Program-made: the position numbers and the translations under genes
The notes under the pieces: generated by a model
Seen by the model: the letters and a program-made list of their open reading frames with translations, nothing else
Database searches by the model: none
Told to the model about the DNA's origin: nothing
Source of the DNA: Azolla caroliniana
Lineage: Eukaryota > Plantae > Polypodiophyta
Assembly: GCA_043228905.1 (NCBI GenBank)
Contig: JBHGNT010000020.1
Location: forward strand, 7,812,001 to 7,876,000
DNA length: 64,000 nt
Direction of reading: 5' to 3'
Shown here: positions 38,734 through 52,600 of the stretch, one piece after another
Numbering within the stretch: the stretch's first letter is position 1
How the letters are laid out: each line of letters begins with the position of its first letter

Positions 38734-39484
38734 TGACGGAAGATCTTCGTTCCTTATGCTCAACGCTCGGCCACAACCAAGCTTAGAATCATACACAAAA
38801 AAAAACGAGAAGTAAATGCACGACACTAAGGAGAGAAAAGGTACACAGAATGTTTACATGGAAAACCCAAACTAAGGGAAAAACCACGGCAACCCACAGG
38901 CTGCAAACTATCACTATGTTGGAATGTACAAACAGTGAGTTCACGGAGGCAACGACCTCGTGCTCACGATCTTCGCCACAGGCGGCGGTTACAACAGAGG
39001 CAGCGACCTCTTTCTCTCTCTCTCTCTCTGTACATTGTTATGCGCTCTAATCTCGTGCAAAATAGGAATGACAACAACAATAACTAAAAGTTTGCCCTAA
39101 GTCATATTTATACTAATATGACTTTTCGGCTATTTACAAATATAGCCTCGATGGACTCTCATAAACATATTTATGAATATGTCTCTTCATCCGGTTCTCA
39201 CCAGGTCTGCACCATCTGGCTCTCCGTAGCAGGGTACTCCTCATCCGGATCTCACCGGTTCTGCACCATCCGGCTCTCCGTAGCCGGGTACTCCTCATCC
39301 GGTTCTCATCGGGTCTGCACCATCCGGCTCTCCGTAGCCGGGTACTCCTCACCCGGTTCTCACCGGGTCTGCGTCATTCGGCTCTCTGTAGCCGGGTACT
39401 CCTCATCCGGTTTCGGCCTCGGCCGAGTTTGTTCATCGGCACTGTTCTTCTCTCTTCCCATCCGGAGGGACCTGTCTCCCAACA
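38734..39484 (-). mobile_element. Solo LTR, copia family A
   Basis: tgacgg...ccaaca; TSD taaac at 38729-38733 and 39485-39489; 54-bp tandem units. Confidence 0.95.
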
Positions 39485-39589
39485 TAAACTTGCGGTAGAA
39501 ATTGGCAAAGCCTAAAAAACATTGCACATCTCGCAACGAACGTGGAGTCTGCCACTCTACCATCGTTTTGACCTTAGATGGATCCATGG

Positions 39590-42500
39590 TGTACAAAATA
39601 GTGTAGAATATTGCTCGGCCACAACCGAGTCTTCAATCACTTCAATGAGAATCAAACACAGAAATGGGATATGGGGAGAGAGCACCCGTACACACACAAA
39701 TAATAGAGAGTACACCTGATGTTTGCGTGGAAAACCCTAATTGGGAAAAACAACGAGAGCCCACGGACTCCGAACTATCATTATATGAGAGGAAATACAA
39801 AGTGGAAACACAGAGGCAATGACCTCGTGCTCACGATCTTCGCCAGACGGCGGTTACAATAGAAAGTGCTTGTAGCTACTCGCACGCGTTCTCTCTCTCT
39901 CTCTGTCACTATACAACAGTTATGCACATACAACAATATGACAACAACATTGTCTAACAAAGTGATTGCCCTAAGTCATATTTATATTTATATGAACTTA
40001 GGGTTATTTACAAATATAGCCTCAATAGGCTTACTCAAAACATATTTACAAATATGTCTTCTCTTCCGGCTCTCACCGGGTCCAACCGATCCGGTTTCCA
40101 AATCTCTTACAGTTCTCACCGGGTCCATCCGATCTGATTTCCGGGTCTCTTCCAATTCTCACCGAGTCCTCTTCATTCATCACCGGATCCCATTTGGAGG
40201 GACCGATTTCCCAACAATCTCCCCCTTCACTCTGGCATGGGATGTCTCGCCAACCCGATCCACTTTCGGTACGCGTCCAACTTGTCGGTTGTCAACACCT
40301 TGGTCAGCATATCCGACCCGTTCTCCTTCGTGTGGATCTTCGTCAACACGAACTCTTGATCTTCTACTCTCTCCCGGATACATTGGTACCTCCGCTAGAT
40401 ATGTTTCATTCGGGAATGGTAGGCCGCGTTCTTTGCAAGGTGGATGGCACTTTGACTGTCGTGGTAGAGCCGGTATTCCTCCCAGGCTCTCCGATGAAGT
40501 CCTTCATCCAGATTATCTCCTTGTCGGCTTCTACAGCTGCCATGTACTCCGCCTCCGTGGTTGACAACGCAACCGTCTTCTGCAGCCTCGACTGCCATGA
40601 TACAGCTCCCCCTGCATAAGTCATGACATATCCGAATGTAGACCGGCTAGTATCCGCATCAGCCGACATATCCAAATCCGTGAATCCGTCAAGTTGAGGT
40701 TTACCGGAGCCAAACCGGAGCCACATACTCGAGATGCCTTTCAAGTACCGGAGTATCCACTTGACCGTGTTCCAGTGCTCTTTTCCGGGATTGCTCATGA
40801 ACCGGCTCACCACTCCAACTGCATATCCGATATCCGGTCGGGTACATACCATCGCGTACATCAAGCTCCCGATGGCAGAAGCATATGGTATCTTCATCAT
40901 ATTTGTCTTCTCCGCCTTTGTCCTTGGGCTTTGTTTTCCGGATAGCTTACAGTTTGCCGAAAGTGTCGATCCGACCGGTTTTGCCTCCAACATGTTGAAC
41001 CGTTGAAGCACCTTTGTCGCGTACTTCTCCTATGACAACCACAACAACTTCTTCGACCAGTCCCAGATGATGTGAATTCCCAATATCTATCTTGCCGGAC
41101 CCAAGTCTTTCATTGAGAAGGTCCGGTTCAGAGCCTTCTTCAGCATCCGAATCTTGCCTTGGTCTTGTCCGACGATCAGCATATTATCCACATATAGGAG
41201 GAGTATGAGGAAATCTCCTCCGTCAAATTTCTTCACAAACACGCAGTGATCGGCCTGCATCTTGTGGTACCCTTGGTTGGTCATGAAGGAGTCGAACTTC
41301 CAATACCATTGCCGAGGAGCTTGCATCAATCTATATAAGCTCTTCTTCAGCCGGCACACCAGGTGCTCCTTCCCTTTCTTCTCAAATCCTTCTAGTTGAT
41401 GCACGTAGATCTCTTCTTCGAGGTCGCCATGTAGAAATTCCGTCTTGATGTCTAGTTGCTCTACCTCGAGGTCCATGCTTGCCATTATGCTCAACACCGT
41501 CCGGATGGATGTCATCTTTACTACCGGGGCAAAAGATCTCATCGAAGTTTACTCTCTTCTTCTGCTGGAAACCCTTCACTACAATTCGGGCTTTGTATCT
41601 TGGCGGGTTTCTGGCATCTCCCGGTTTCAGCTTGTACACCCACTTGTTCCGCAGTGCTCTCTTCCCTTTCAGCAACTCTGTCAGTTCATACGTGTGGTTT
41701 GCATGCAAGGAGTCCATCTCATCCTGCATGGCACTCAAACACTTGTAGTTGTAGGTGTCTTTCTTTGCTTCTTTGAAGCTTTCCAGCTCCCCATCATCGG
41801 TTAGCAATACATGCTCTACATCCGGAAATCTCCGGGGGCCTCTTCTCTCTTGGAGAGGGTATCTCCGTCTTTGGTCTTCAGCAACCGGTTCCTCCGTCTA
41901 TTCCGAATCCGATTCGAGATCTTGTCCAGTTCCGGTGTCTTCTTCCTCTTGTTCTTCTTCGGTCGGTTCGGTTTCTTGTCCAAAACCGGCCGGTTCGTCG
42001 AGTGTCCTCCGGTTGCCATCCAACATCCGGTTTTCAACAGGGTAGGTCCATGTGTCCTAAAACCGGTTTTCATTGGATGATCCGGAGTTCTTCTTCTCGG
42101 ACTCCCAGTCGGCAATGGTTCTGTCTTCCATGAAGACTATGTCCCGACTCCGGAACACCTTCTTGTCGACCAAATCCCACACCCGGTAACCGAACTCATC
42201 ATCGTCGTATCCAAGGAATATGCATGGTCTAGACTTCATATCCAGCTTTGCTCTCTTGTCCTTTGCACCATGCACATAGGCAAGACACACAAACACCTTC
42301 AGATGCCGGTAAGATACATCTTTACCGGTCCATACTTTCTGCGGTGAGTCTCCTTCCAAGGGTGTTGAGGGTGATTTGTTTATCACATAGGTCGCCGTCA
42401 TCAGCGCCTCAGCCCAAAACATCTTGGGTAATTTTGCATGTGCCAACATGCTCCAAACTCTCTCCATCATGGTCTGGTTCATCCGTTCAGCGGCAATAAT

Positions 42501-44941
42501 ACTCCTCAAACTGCCCCTGGTATTCGGCACGGTGAATTCGAGCCAAATTCCCTTTGATCAATAATACTCCTCAAACTGCCCCTGGTATTCTCCTCTGTTA
42601 TCTACACAAACCACCTTTAGCTTCCGGCCCGTTTCTCTTTCCACTCTCGCGTGGAGCTCCTTGAAGACGGATAGCACCTGATCCTTCGTCTTCAACGGCG
42701 AGACCCACAACTTCCAGTTGTGGTCATTTATGAACGTCACAAAGTACTACGATCCGGCATGTGACTTCGTGTCCACTTCACACAAATCGGTATGCACCAG
42801 CTCCAATGGTGCATTTCGTCTCATCGGTGGTCTTGTCTAGAAGGAGGTTCGATTTTGCTTGCCAGCCAAGCAATCGGTGCACTTCTCAAGTTGCACGTCT
42901 TTCACCTCTAGAATGAGGTTATCTTCGGCAAGCCTTCTCATCCCCTTCTGGCTCATATGACACAACCTCTTGTGCCACAGCTCACCGGTAGTGTTGGATG
43001 CTACGTTCACTTCTTCCCGGCATATCCGGGCATGCATCAGATATAGCATGTTGATCTTCCGGGCTCGAGCCACAATCAAGCTTCCCTTACTGAACTTCAT
43101 GACTCCGTTCCGGATGCTACCCATGTAGCCTTCATCATCTAGCCGACCGGCTGATATCAGGTTTAGTCGAACCTCCAAAACGTGTCGGACATCCTTCAGC
43201 AACAACTTGCATCCGGTTGATGTCGTCAACAACACATCTCCTATGCCGACAATTCAGCATGTACCTTCTTCATTCCCCATCCGGACACACCTGTGATCTC
43301 CGGCTGTGTAGGATGAGAAGCACCTCTGATCCGGTGTCAGGTGGAATGACACTCCGGAATCGACAACCCACGTTGTCTCGTCGCGGACAAGGTTTAACTC
43401 ATTCTCCTCGGTAATGAGCATCAATTCTTCTTCACTTGTCGTGATCGCCGATGTTCCTTTCCGATCCGGGCCTCTCCAGTCCGAACCGTTTCGGTCTGAA
43501 CTCTTCTTCGAATCGGTGGTGCCGGTTTCTTTCTCTTTCCAAAAATGCCGATAGTTCTTCTGGAAGTGCCCTGGCTTCCCACAGTAGAAGCAAGTAGGCC
43601 TCCCCCTTGACTTCGATCTCGTCCCTGACTTGTCCCGGTTTTGGGGACTCCGATACCGGCCTATTCCCCGGTTCTGGTCATCTTCTGTGACCAAGTCCTT
43701 CGGATCAGTTCCAGACTCCCAGTCCTTCCAACGAGCTTCTTCATCTAGCAAACTTGATTTTACCCTTGCTAGGGACAACTGCTTTCCTTCTGGCCCGGCG
43801 TTGCCCAACGTGACAACTAGCGTCTCCCAACTATCCGGGAGGGAATCGAGCACGAGTAATGTGAGTACCTCATTGGCGAGAGGTACTTCCAACGTGGTTG
43901 CCTGGTGGATTAGTCCCTGGAAGGCATTCATGTGCTCCGCCATACTGGAGTCGTCTTGGTACTGGAGCCTCACTAGCTTCTGGAATACCGAAACCCGATT
44001 AACGGCATTCTTGTTCTAGAACATGATGCCAATCTTCTCCTAGAGTTCATGAGCCTTACTAACTTCATTGAAAATGTTGGACAGACTCATGTCGATGAAG
44101 CACCGGATGTATGCCGTCGTCTTCATATGCATCACCTCCCACACTGTGGCGTCGATCTTATCCGGTCTCTTGTTCCCGAACTGAACCGGCAACCAAAGAT
44201 CTTTAACTACCAACATATCCCTCATCTTCGACTTCCACATTGAGTAGTTGGAGCCGGTGAGCTTGAACATGCCGCCGAACGATTCTTCCATTTCCTGTGT
44301 TGTTTGCTCTGATACTAGTTTGTAAGAAATAGTGTGGAATATTGCTCAACCACAACCGAGTCTTCAATCACTTCAATGAGAATCAAACACAAAAATGGGA
44401 TATGGGGAGAAAGCACATGTACACACACAAATAATAGAGAGTACACCGGATGTTTGCATGGAAAACCCTAATTGGGAAAAACCACGGGAGCCCACGGACT
44501 CCGAACTATCACTATATGAGAGGAAATACAAAGTGGAAACACAGAGGCAATGACCTCGTGCTCGCGATCTTCGCCAAACGGTGGTTACAACAGAAAGTGC
44601 TCGTAGCTACTCTCTCTCTCTCTCTCTCTCTCACTATACAATAGTTATGCACATACAACAATATGACAACAACACTGTCTAACAAAGTGATTGCCCTAAG
44701 TCATATTTATATTTATATGAACTTAGGGCTATTTACAAATATAGCCTCAATAGGCTTACTCAAAACATATTTACAAATATGTCTTCTCTTTCGGTTCTCA
44801 CCGGGTCCAACCGATCCGGTTTCCGGATCTCTCTCGGTTCTCATCGGGTCCATCCGATCCGGTTTCTGGGTCTCTTCCGATTCTCACCGGGTCCTCTTCA
44901 TTCATCACTGGATCCCATCCCGAGGGACCGATTTCCCAACA
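39590..44941 (-). mobile_element. Structurally complete Ty1/copia (Tnt1/Tork-like), 5352 bp, ORF disrupted
   Basis: LTRs 39590-40216 and 44321-44941; TSD catgg (39585-39589, 44942-44946); PBS tagtatcagagc 44306-44317; PPT gaagggggagat; all domains in copia order; excision restores the host RT sequence GISMDPSK. Confidence 0.96.
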
Positions 44942-47402
44942 CATGGAGATGCCTTCCGAGGAAATGACATGGCCTAGAAATTCTACCTATTTGCACCCGA
45001 AACTACATTTTTCCAACTTTGCATAAAGACCATGTTCTCGAAGTCGGTTTAGTACTAATAGTACATGAAAATCATGCTCTTCTTGGGTCTTCGAATAAAC
45101 CAGTAGATCATCCAAATAGATGATCAAACAAACATCCAAGAGATCTCAGAATATATCATTTGCCATGTGTTGGAAGATTGTTGGCGCATTAGTGAGACTG
45201 AATGGCATGACCGTATACTGGAAGTGCCCATATCTTGTGCGAAACACGGTCTTCCATCCATCTCCTGGTCGGATCCGTACGAGGTTATATGCTCCTCATA
45301 AGTCGATCTTTGTGAAGAAACTTGCACCATTGATCCGTTCTAAAAGACTTGAGATAAGGGGAAGTGCATACCTATTCCTGATGGTGACCTTATTCAAGCA
45401 ACGATAATCTACGACGAGACGAAGTGATCCATCCTTTTTCTTGACGAAGAAAATGGGTGCACTGGCTGGAGATTTCGAATGTCGAATGAAACCATTTGCC
45501 AAATTCTCCTCCATATAGGCTCGAAGGACTTCTAGCTCGGTTGGTGACAAATTGTAGATCGGTCCCCATGGTGGCTCTTTTCCCAGTTGTAAATAGATGG
45601 GGCAATCATATGGTCGATGGTGAGGAAGCGTATTGGCTTGTACTTTATCAAACACATCGGCATAATGACGATACTTCTCTGGAAGTTGAACGGTGGACTC
45701 CTCTTTAGTGGTGTTGGAGGGTTTTACTAATACTGTGAAGAGAAACACTTCTTCCTTGCGTCCTTCCTCACGCAATTGATGTAGCGAAATAGTTGCAATC
45801 TTATGAGTAGATCCTCAGGTTTGTCGATACCGGATTTCTCTTGTTCTCCGATCTATGTTTGGGTTATGTAATTCGAACCATGGTAATCCCAAAACAATGG
45901 GATGTTCTGGGATACTAATTATATTAAATGATATGACACACTCTAAATTATCTAGGACAATATTAACGGCTCTGACTCTTCTATGATATTTCCGGAAGCA
46001 ATGGGACGACCATTAGTGACTACTACAGAGGCTGGACACGGGAGTTTTCTTAGGGATATCTGATGAGCTTGGGCAAAATTCCTATCCATGAAGTAAGAAT
46101 TAGCTCTGGAATCTAGGAGTGTTGAGACATATACTGGAGAGGTACTTTTAGTACTAATTGTTACTTGGGCTAAGAACACATTGCTAACTTGCTTAGAGAG
46201 CATGGAACCACAAATGGGTTGCACATATCTAGGGTTGTCCAACCAAATGGCTCCTATTTTGGTTGGACTTAGTCGTTTAACTCTTCTTCTAACTCACTAA
46301 GGACATCAAATTTGTTCAATAGATTTGGGCTATTAGTACGATTAGGACTATCAGATATTCCTACTGACTTAGACTCGAGTTTAGTACAATTAGAACTAGC
46401 AACCATTTGGTTTACCTATCTTCTTGGCCTATGGGGACAGTTCACTGCAATATTGCCATGGTCCACCGCAATAAAGACATAGTCGATTTGCTCGGCATCG
46501 CTGCTTTTCTTCTTCCGATAATGGTCTGCGATGACGTGTAGTGTCAATTTCCATCGGATTTGGAGTATTCACTGGAGACGCATTATATAACTCCCTTGGA
46601 AAAGGTTTTGCTACCACTGAGGCGTAGGTGGGCTCTAATCTTGCCCTTGGCATCTGGAACTGACATTTCGAACGTCGTTCGAAAAGACGATTGTCACATC
46701 TCACCGTGCGACTGATTGCTTCTGTCAATGACTTTGGTTCTTCGGGGAAGGTCAAGAGTAAATCCTTGACATCGTTACGTATAGACCATAACGAAATTGC
46801 TCTATTAGTGCTTGGTCATCCCAGGGGATATCGGAGGCAAGTAGGCGGAAATCTACAGCGTATGCGGAGGCTGGACGATCACCTTGACGTAATCATCGGA
46901 TTTTGTTGATTGTTGTCCTTATGCTGTCAGTATCTCCAAAACATGCTTTAAACTCACTTAAAAACTCTTCAAATTTGTTTAGTAAAGGAGATTCCTTTTC
47001 GAACAACGGAGCGAACCATGCCAAAGTTGAACCACTTAACAATGTGCCTACTAAACCCACTCGTGATGCATCGGTGGGATATCGGGAAGGATGCATTTGA
47101 ATGACTAATCGTACCTGATTAAGGAATCCTCTAAATTGCGTCACGTTCCATTGAATTTCATGGGAAGGCCGATCTTGGGTTCTTTATGAATCCCTTGCGT
47201 ACTGGGTCCTTGTTGTTGCATTGCTACTATGGTTGCTTCGAGTTGTTGCACTTGTAATGCTAGTTCCCCATGTTGTCGTGTTTGCTGCTTTTCTAAGGAG
47301 ATTTGTTGAAGATCCCCCAACAACCATTGATTTTCTTGTTCCAAAGCAAGGAACTCCTCTCTCAAGCATTGCAGCTCCGAGAAAACGGATTGATATTCTT
47401 GA

Positions 47403-48880
47403 GTGCTAACAGTGGCCAAAGAGTTATGGTTGCAACTAGTGGACAAGAAACCAGATGAAGAGTTGTGGATCATTGGAGGAGACACTAATATGGTGGAGCA
47501 TCAAGAAGACAGAAGAAGAAATGCAAATGGCATAATGAAGGGGGCTGAAAAAGATACATGGGATATATATGTTCGGTATGCCCAAGTGCCCACATCTGTG
47601 TTTTATCCTTATATAGATAGCTTGGGGCATATATGTTCGGTATGCCCAAGTGCCCACATCTGTGTTTTATCCTTATATAGATAGCATGGCCCTCTATTAA
47701 ACTCCCCCTACCTATGCATGCTACATTAAAGTTAGCTTTTAGTGTTATAAGTACTCCCCCATGAATCTATCTATCCCCCATTGCTGCAAAGCATGTATTG
47801 GTCCAACTCCAAGGCATATATTTCCAATTTTGTCAATCTTATCCCCAACTAGGTGGTGCTCCTGCACCATGATAACATCAAGCACCATTGCCTCAATGCA
47901 ACACTGAATTTTAGCAACCAATACATTCTTCTTCATCTGGAATTGGGTGCCACAAATTCCTTTTGCAAGCTAAGATTCATTTTAGCATATAGCTTGCATC
48001 TTTTGTGGCCCAACCATTGCATTTTCAGCTTCCACTAGGTTAGCTAAAATTCTATCTTGGAGATTTTCCTCTTCCAACTCTGTCAAAATTCCAGGGTGGT
48101 ATACCGTGAACTTTGTGATCATTCTAGGCAACTTCCTAAATTTTACATTTATGTAGGATATGCCTTGCCGAAACTCCATATCATGGCATCTTTCCATTGT
48201 CTTTTCATGTTCACACATATCGCGGTAACTTATGATGAGTCTACATTAGCACCCATTTGTTGTTGCAACCATCCGAGTGCTTCTTCTCTATTGTGGAATT
48301 CCTTATTTCCAACGGCCAAAATATAGGATAGTCCAACGATTTGGCCTTCGTCATTGCAATTACCATAGATATTGACTCTACACATGCATGCAGTCCTTCA
48401 TCTCAATTCCACACTTTTCCTCAAACTACTTTTTGCCTGTCAGTTCAGTTTGATTTGTTGTCTAGTATTCAATAGGGAGGTCGCTTTGCATCGAAGGTTC
48501 CATTTCACTCTAGGCCATGCACACATACCTTTATTTTTCTTCATCCCATTCACGTCCTCTTTTCTAGCAAGCATGTGCCTTTTGATTTTTGTTATCCCCT
48601 TAGTCTATTGGGTTGTCACGAGTGACTTAGCTTGCTCTTTCAAGGGCCTTATGACCTTTCATATACTTATTTCTCCTACCTCATCCATACTTTCATGATG
48701 CATCTGGTTAGTATCATCCATTATCAAGCCTTCTTCCTATTGTAGTTTTTGCATATCATTAATAGTTCCCACATAGTTGCTCTCCGGATTTGCCTTTGTT
48801 CTTGCTTCCCTTTCATTAGTTGTGATTTCATTATCCTCTAAGCTTAAGAGTTCATATTTTTTGCTAAGTGTCAAATACTT
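47403..48880 (-). mobile_element. L1-like LINE 5' remnant (ORF1-like region plus endonuclease start) with a small inverted segment
   Basis: Minus strand DVIMVQEHH...NIYAP; the expected continuation ELWLQL...WIIGGDTN lies on the plus strand at 47403-47564; right boundary approximate. Confidence 0.7.
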
Positions 48881-48884
48881 TAGG

Positions 48885-49339
48885 ATATGCACAAAAGCTT
48901 ATGACGGCATTGAAAGAGTTAGGATGCATTCTAAGTTGAGTGTCAATAGTTCTAAAACATAAGATTATTCTTGTGAAGAGCCAAACTAAGGATAAATAAT
49001 AGGTTATGTACCATTATAATGAGCCACCTGAGATTGTAGAAAGATTTAAATACCTTGGCCTTGTTGGGAATTCGGTCCCTCCTGATGGGATCCGGAGGAG
49101 CCGGATCGGACGTGCCGAAGGAAGGAACCGGACCGGATGCAACAAACGGACCGGATTGGAAGGGATCCGAATGGATCCGGTGTGAACCGGATCTAGGGAC
49201 ATATCTGCAAATATGTTTCTGGTGTGCCTGTAACGACTATATATGTAAATAGTCTTAAACTCATATAAGTATAAATATGACTTAGGGCAATCACTTTAGT
49301 ATGATGTCAAGGTTTTTGTTGTTAGTTGTATCATTGTTG

Positions 49340-49387
<48 letters not shown>

Positions 49388-49720
49388 AAGAGAAGAGAAG
49401 CTGTCGAAAGATACAGAGCTCGAGGTCGTTGCCTTTGAGTCCCTGTTGTACCTCCTTTCTCGTATAGTGATAGTTGGAGTCTGTGGGCTTTCTTCTATGT
49501 AAGTGTATGAACCTCCATTTATGTTTTGTTCTTTCATAAAGTGTTTGAGTCTCAGTTGTGGCCGAGCATTATTCCGCAAAGGCCTTCATATTCCCTCAAA
49601 TCATAGATGGAATGAATGTGCTACTCGTTGCTTAGAGGTGGGAAAGAGAACACATGCAATGGTGGAGAAATTAAAAGTTGCATCCTCAATTAATACATTT
49701 TCCACACTTTGGTGAACTCA
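48885..49720 (+). mobile_element. LINE reverse-transcriptase C-terminal remnant split by a solo LTR
   Basis: LSVNSSKT...EIVERFKYLG|LHIPSNHRW restored across the TSD; boundaries approximate. Confidence 0.65.
49062..49580 (+). mobile_element. Solo LTR, copia family A-related subfamily
   Basis: tgttgggaa start; shared core ataaatatgacttagggcaa and gttgtggccgagc; TSD ggcct at 49057-49061 and 49581-49585; (AG)n tract. Confidence 0.92.
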
Positions 49721-52522
49721 ATGCTTCTCTATGGGTGGAAGTATAGGGTGCTAGCATCCCGAAGTCCGCTTCAAAAGAGTTTGAAAATGTTCAAAATCAC
49801 ATTTCTTACATTTTTTGTCTTTGAGTAAAGAAACAAAAATCATACACCCTCCTACTTTATAAGTCATGATTATTTCCCATTAAGATCATGGCCATTAAAG
49901 AGTTGTCGATTACATGCTTAAGCTTTAAAAAGTCCTTCACATTGACTTCCTTGAATTGTATGGGAAGCAAGAAAAAAGGTTTAAAAGACACATAAAAGCA
50001 ACTTTTTGTGTTCTATTTGGATGCAAAATACAAAAAAATGTTAACTTCATGAATGTGATGTAAGACATTAATGACTAAATTGACAAATCATTTTAAGCTA
50101 TCTAATGGAAAATCAAAGTTCTTAATAAGCTTCACCCATTGTGCCATATGGCTCATGAGGTTCTATTTGTCATAAAAGATTTCAAGGACTATCAATATAT
50201 AGTTACTAGAAAATGATTTCCATATGGATACTATATTTCAATTTCTTTGTGCATTCTAAATCTCATATAGTTTTGTTCATGAACTATGTACTAATAATAT
50301 TGAGTATAAGAAAGTTTCAAACTCTCGAATGAATCATGTAATTTAGATGAAGGAGATTGCTACACATTTTCTTGCAGTATGTCTAAGCCTTTTTTACTTA
50401 CACATTGAGCTTGTAGGAGGTTACCAAATATGTCATCAATTGTTAGTTGTTGCAAATATATTTCTACAATAATTCGACATAACCAATGAATGAACAAAAG
50501 TTTGGAGAACCATAATAAACTAGAAGTTCATTGTCTCTATATTAGAAAGACCAATTTGTAACCCTCACTCAAATGCCCACACTAAGTAACAAATGTTCAA
50601 ATATTATTGTCATAAAATTCTAGTTTGATGGTACAATATGTATTTGTTCAAAATATGATAATTGATAGATAATCAGTGTGATCCATTGTATTTCACATCT
50701 AATAGAATTGACTCACCTGGAGTGCCGTACTCCAACAATTGGGTCTCATTCTTAATAGAAGTTTGGTGGGATCAAACTCATCTTCTTTTGATTGACTAAG
50801 TCAATATGAAAAAATGCAAATTGGTGTAACACCATGTATGACATCTAGATTATGGTAAACAAGACATGTAGATATTGTTTGGCATAGTTGGTAGTTGTCT
50901 AGAAAAAACATCTCAAAACTTTGATAAGAGTACCAAACAATCTCTATTCATAGGGAACTAGGGAACTAGAATGGTTAGGAAAATATGTATATAAAAGACG
51001 TGGAAATAGATGAGTTGTAACACATTGAATAAAAGTACTACCATATATTAGATTCTCTCACAATCACACTATGCACCCTCAATTCGGACATTCATTAAGT
51101 GAAAAAGTAATATTTTTAGTATCGCCTGTCATATTTGACATTCAAAGACAATAATAAAATCTCTCACACTCACACTCACACTCTCATTCTCCCTCTCTAT
51201 TCTCCCCCTCCCCTTGTGGATTATTGTAGTACTAAATGTTGTTCACTTTGTTGTATCCTAATCACTTGGATGAGGTCAATTAGTGTTAACTTTGAATTGC
51301 TTGTGTTAAGTTAAGTTAATTAATTATGTCATTAAGTTAATTTCCGCGTCTTTGATTAAGTGAGAGGGGTTAAGTGACTAGGAGTAGTTCATGTCAGGAG
51401 TATATAAATGTTTTGTTTTCTTCCTCTTTCCTTTGCATGTTTTGTTGCACCTATGTATGTGTGCAATTCTCATGTTTTTTTTACAAATTCTAATAATGGA
51501 AAACTTCAAACTTCTATCTAGGAAACTTCAAATCTTCAATGTTGTCTTGTATGAACTCTTGGATCAAGTCGATTTTTTGTGCATGCAATCTCTTATGGAC
51601 ATAACAATTATACACCTGAATGTGCTTTATGCAATCATGAAACATTAAAGTTTTATATATCATCATAACACTTTTTTTGCTAGTCAAGATGCACAGAGTA
51701 GATGGTTGTCCAACATGCAATTTGGCAAATGGTGTTTTGAGCCTAACAAGTTAAGTGATTGTCTGTAACGGTTTCGTTATATTCAACTTCACAACTTGAT
51801 TTTCCCATAGTTGGTTGTTTCTAAGGTATATGACGCAATAGTGGAGACCTTCATGCCATAACATCATGCCCAATCACTATTTGTAAAGCCAATTGATATA
51901 GTATTTTCCCTTGGAATTGTGAGGATAAAACAACCCAACAATTTGGTGCCTTTAAGGTAGCAACAAATGCATTCTCACAACATGATAAGCCATGGTTTCT
52001 GGGCTATGCATAAAAATCCATTCAACTAGGAAACATGAAATCGAATATTTGATATGATATTTCGTAGATAAATCAAACATCCAACTTACTTGTTGATATA
52101 GGATTGCATCAAATGGATCCCAAACATTTTTTGTAGAAAACAATCAATATTTATGGCAATATAAATGATTCAATTGACAACAACAAACACGGGTCAAGTG
52201 CTTCAAGTTGAATGTGAGAGAGCTTTAGCATAGAAACCACCAATTCTGTATGAATGGCAATGAAGCTAATTAGGCAATAGGGCATGCGCCGTGAAATTAA
52301 TTAGGCCTTACGGAGTAAGAGACGCGAGCATTGTCAACACGACCTACAAAATGCAGATGTCAAGGAGGAATATGTATATGTTGAAATCTAATGAAGGAGC
52401 AACTCAAAACCAAGGGGCCAGAAGAAGAGAAAAAGGAATATGTATACATATACATATATATAATATGTATTGAATTTGCAAGGGTCAAAGCTCTCAAGGC
52501 TACAACCTAACAAGTGGACATA

Positions 52523-52600
52523 GTAGGGTTAGAATGTAACCATGGTAAGGTTAAAATGTAACCATGGTAGGGTTAAAATGTAACCATGGTAGCGTTAGAG
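52523..52600 (+). promoter_or_regulatory. About 3.5 x 22-bp tandem repeat with telo-box-like tagggtt upstream of the CID7-like gene
   Basis: gtagggttaaaatgtaaccatg units at 52523, 52545, 52567, 52589; followed by a CT-rich leader and ctaaccctaacccta; regulatory role inferred. Confidence 0.5.

Larger units (their letters stand above)
35774..47405 (-). mobile_element. Ty3/gypsy chromovirus, Tcn1-like; 5' LTR lost; hosts a solo LTR and a complete copia
   Basis: 3' LTR 35774-36829; canonical chromodomain EYEVAAILDSK...YYLVNWLGY...TWEP; integrase GYHPQTDGQ; RNase H IHDKELLAIV; [22 protein letters not shown]; gag PMEID...LCLYCGG. Confidence 0.9.
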
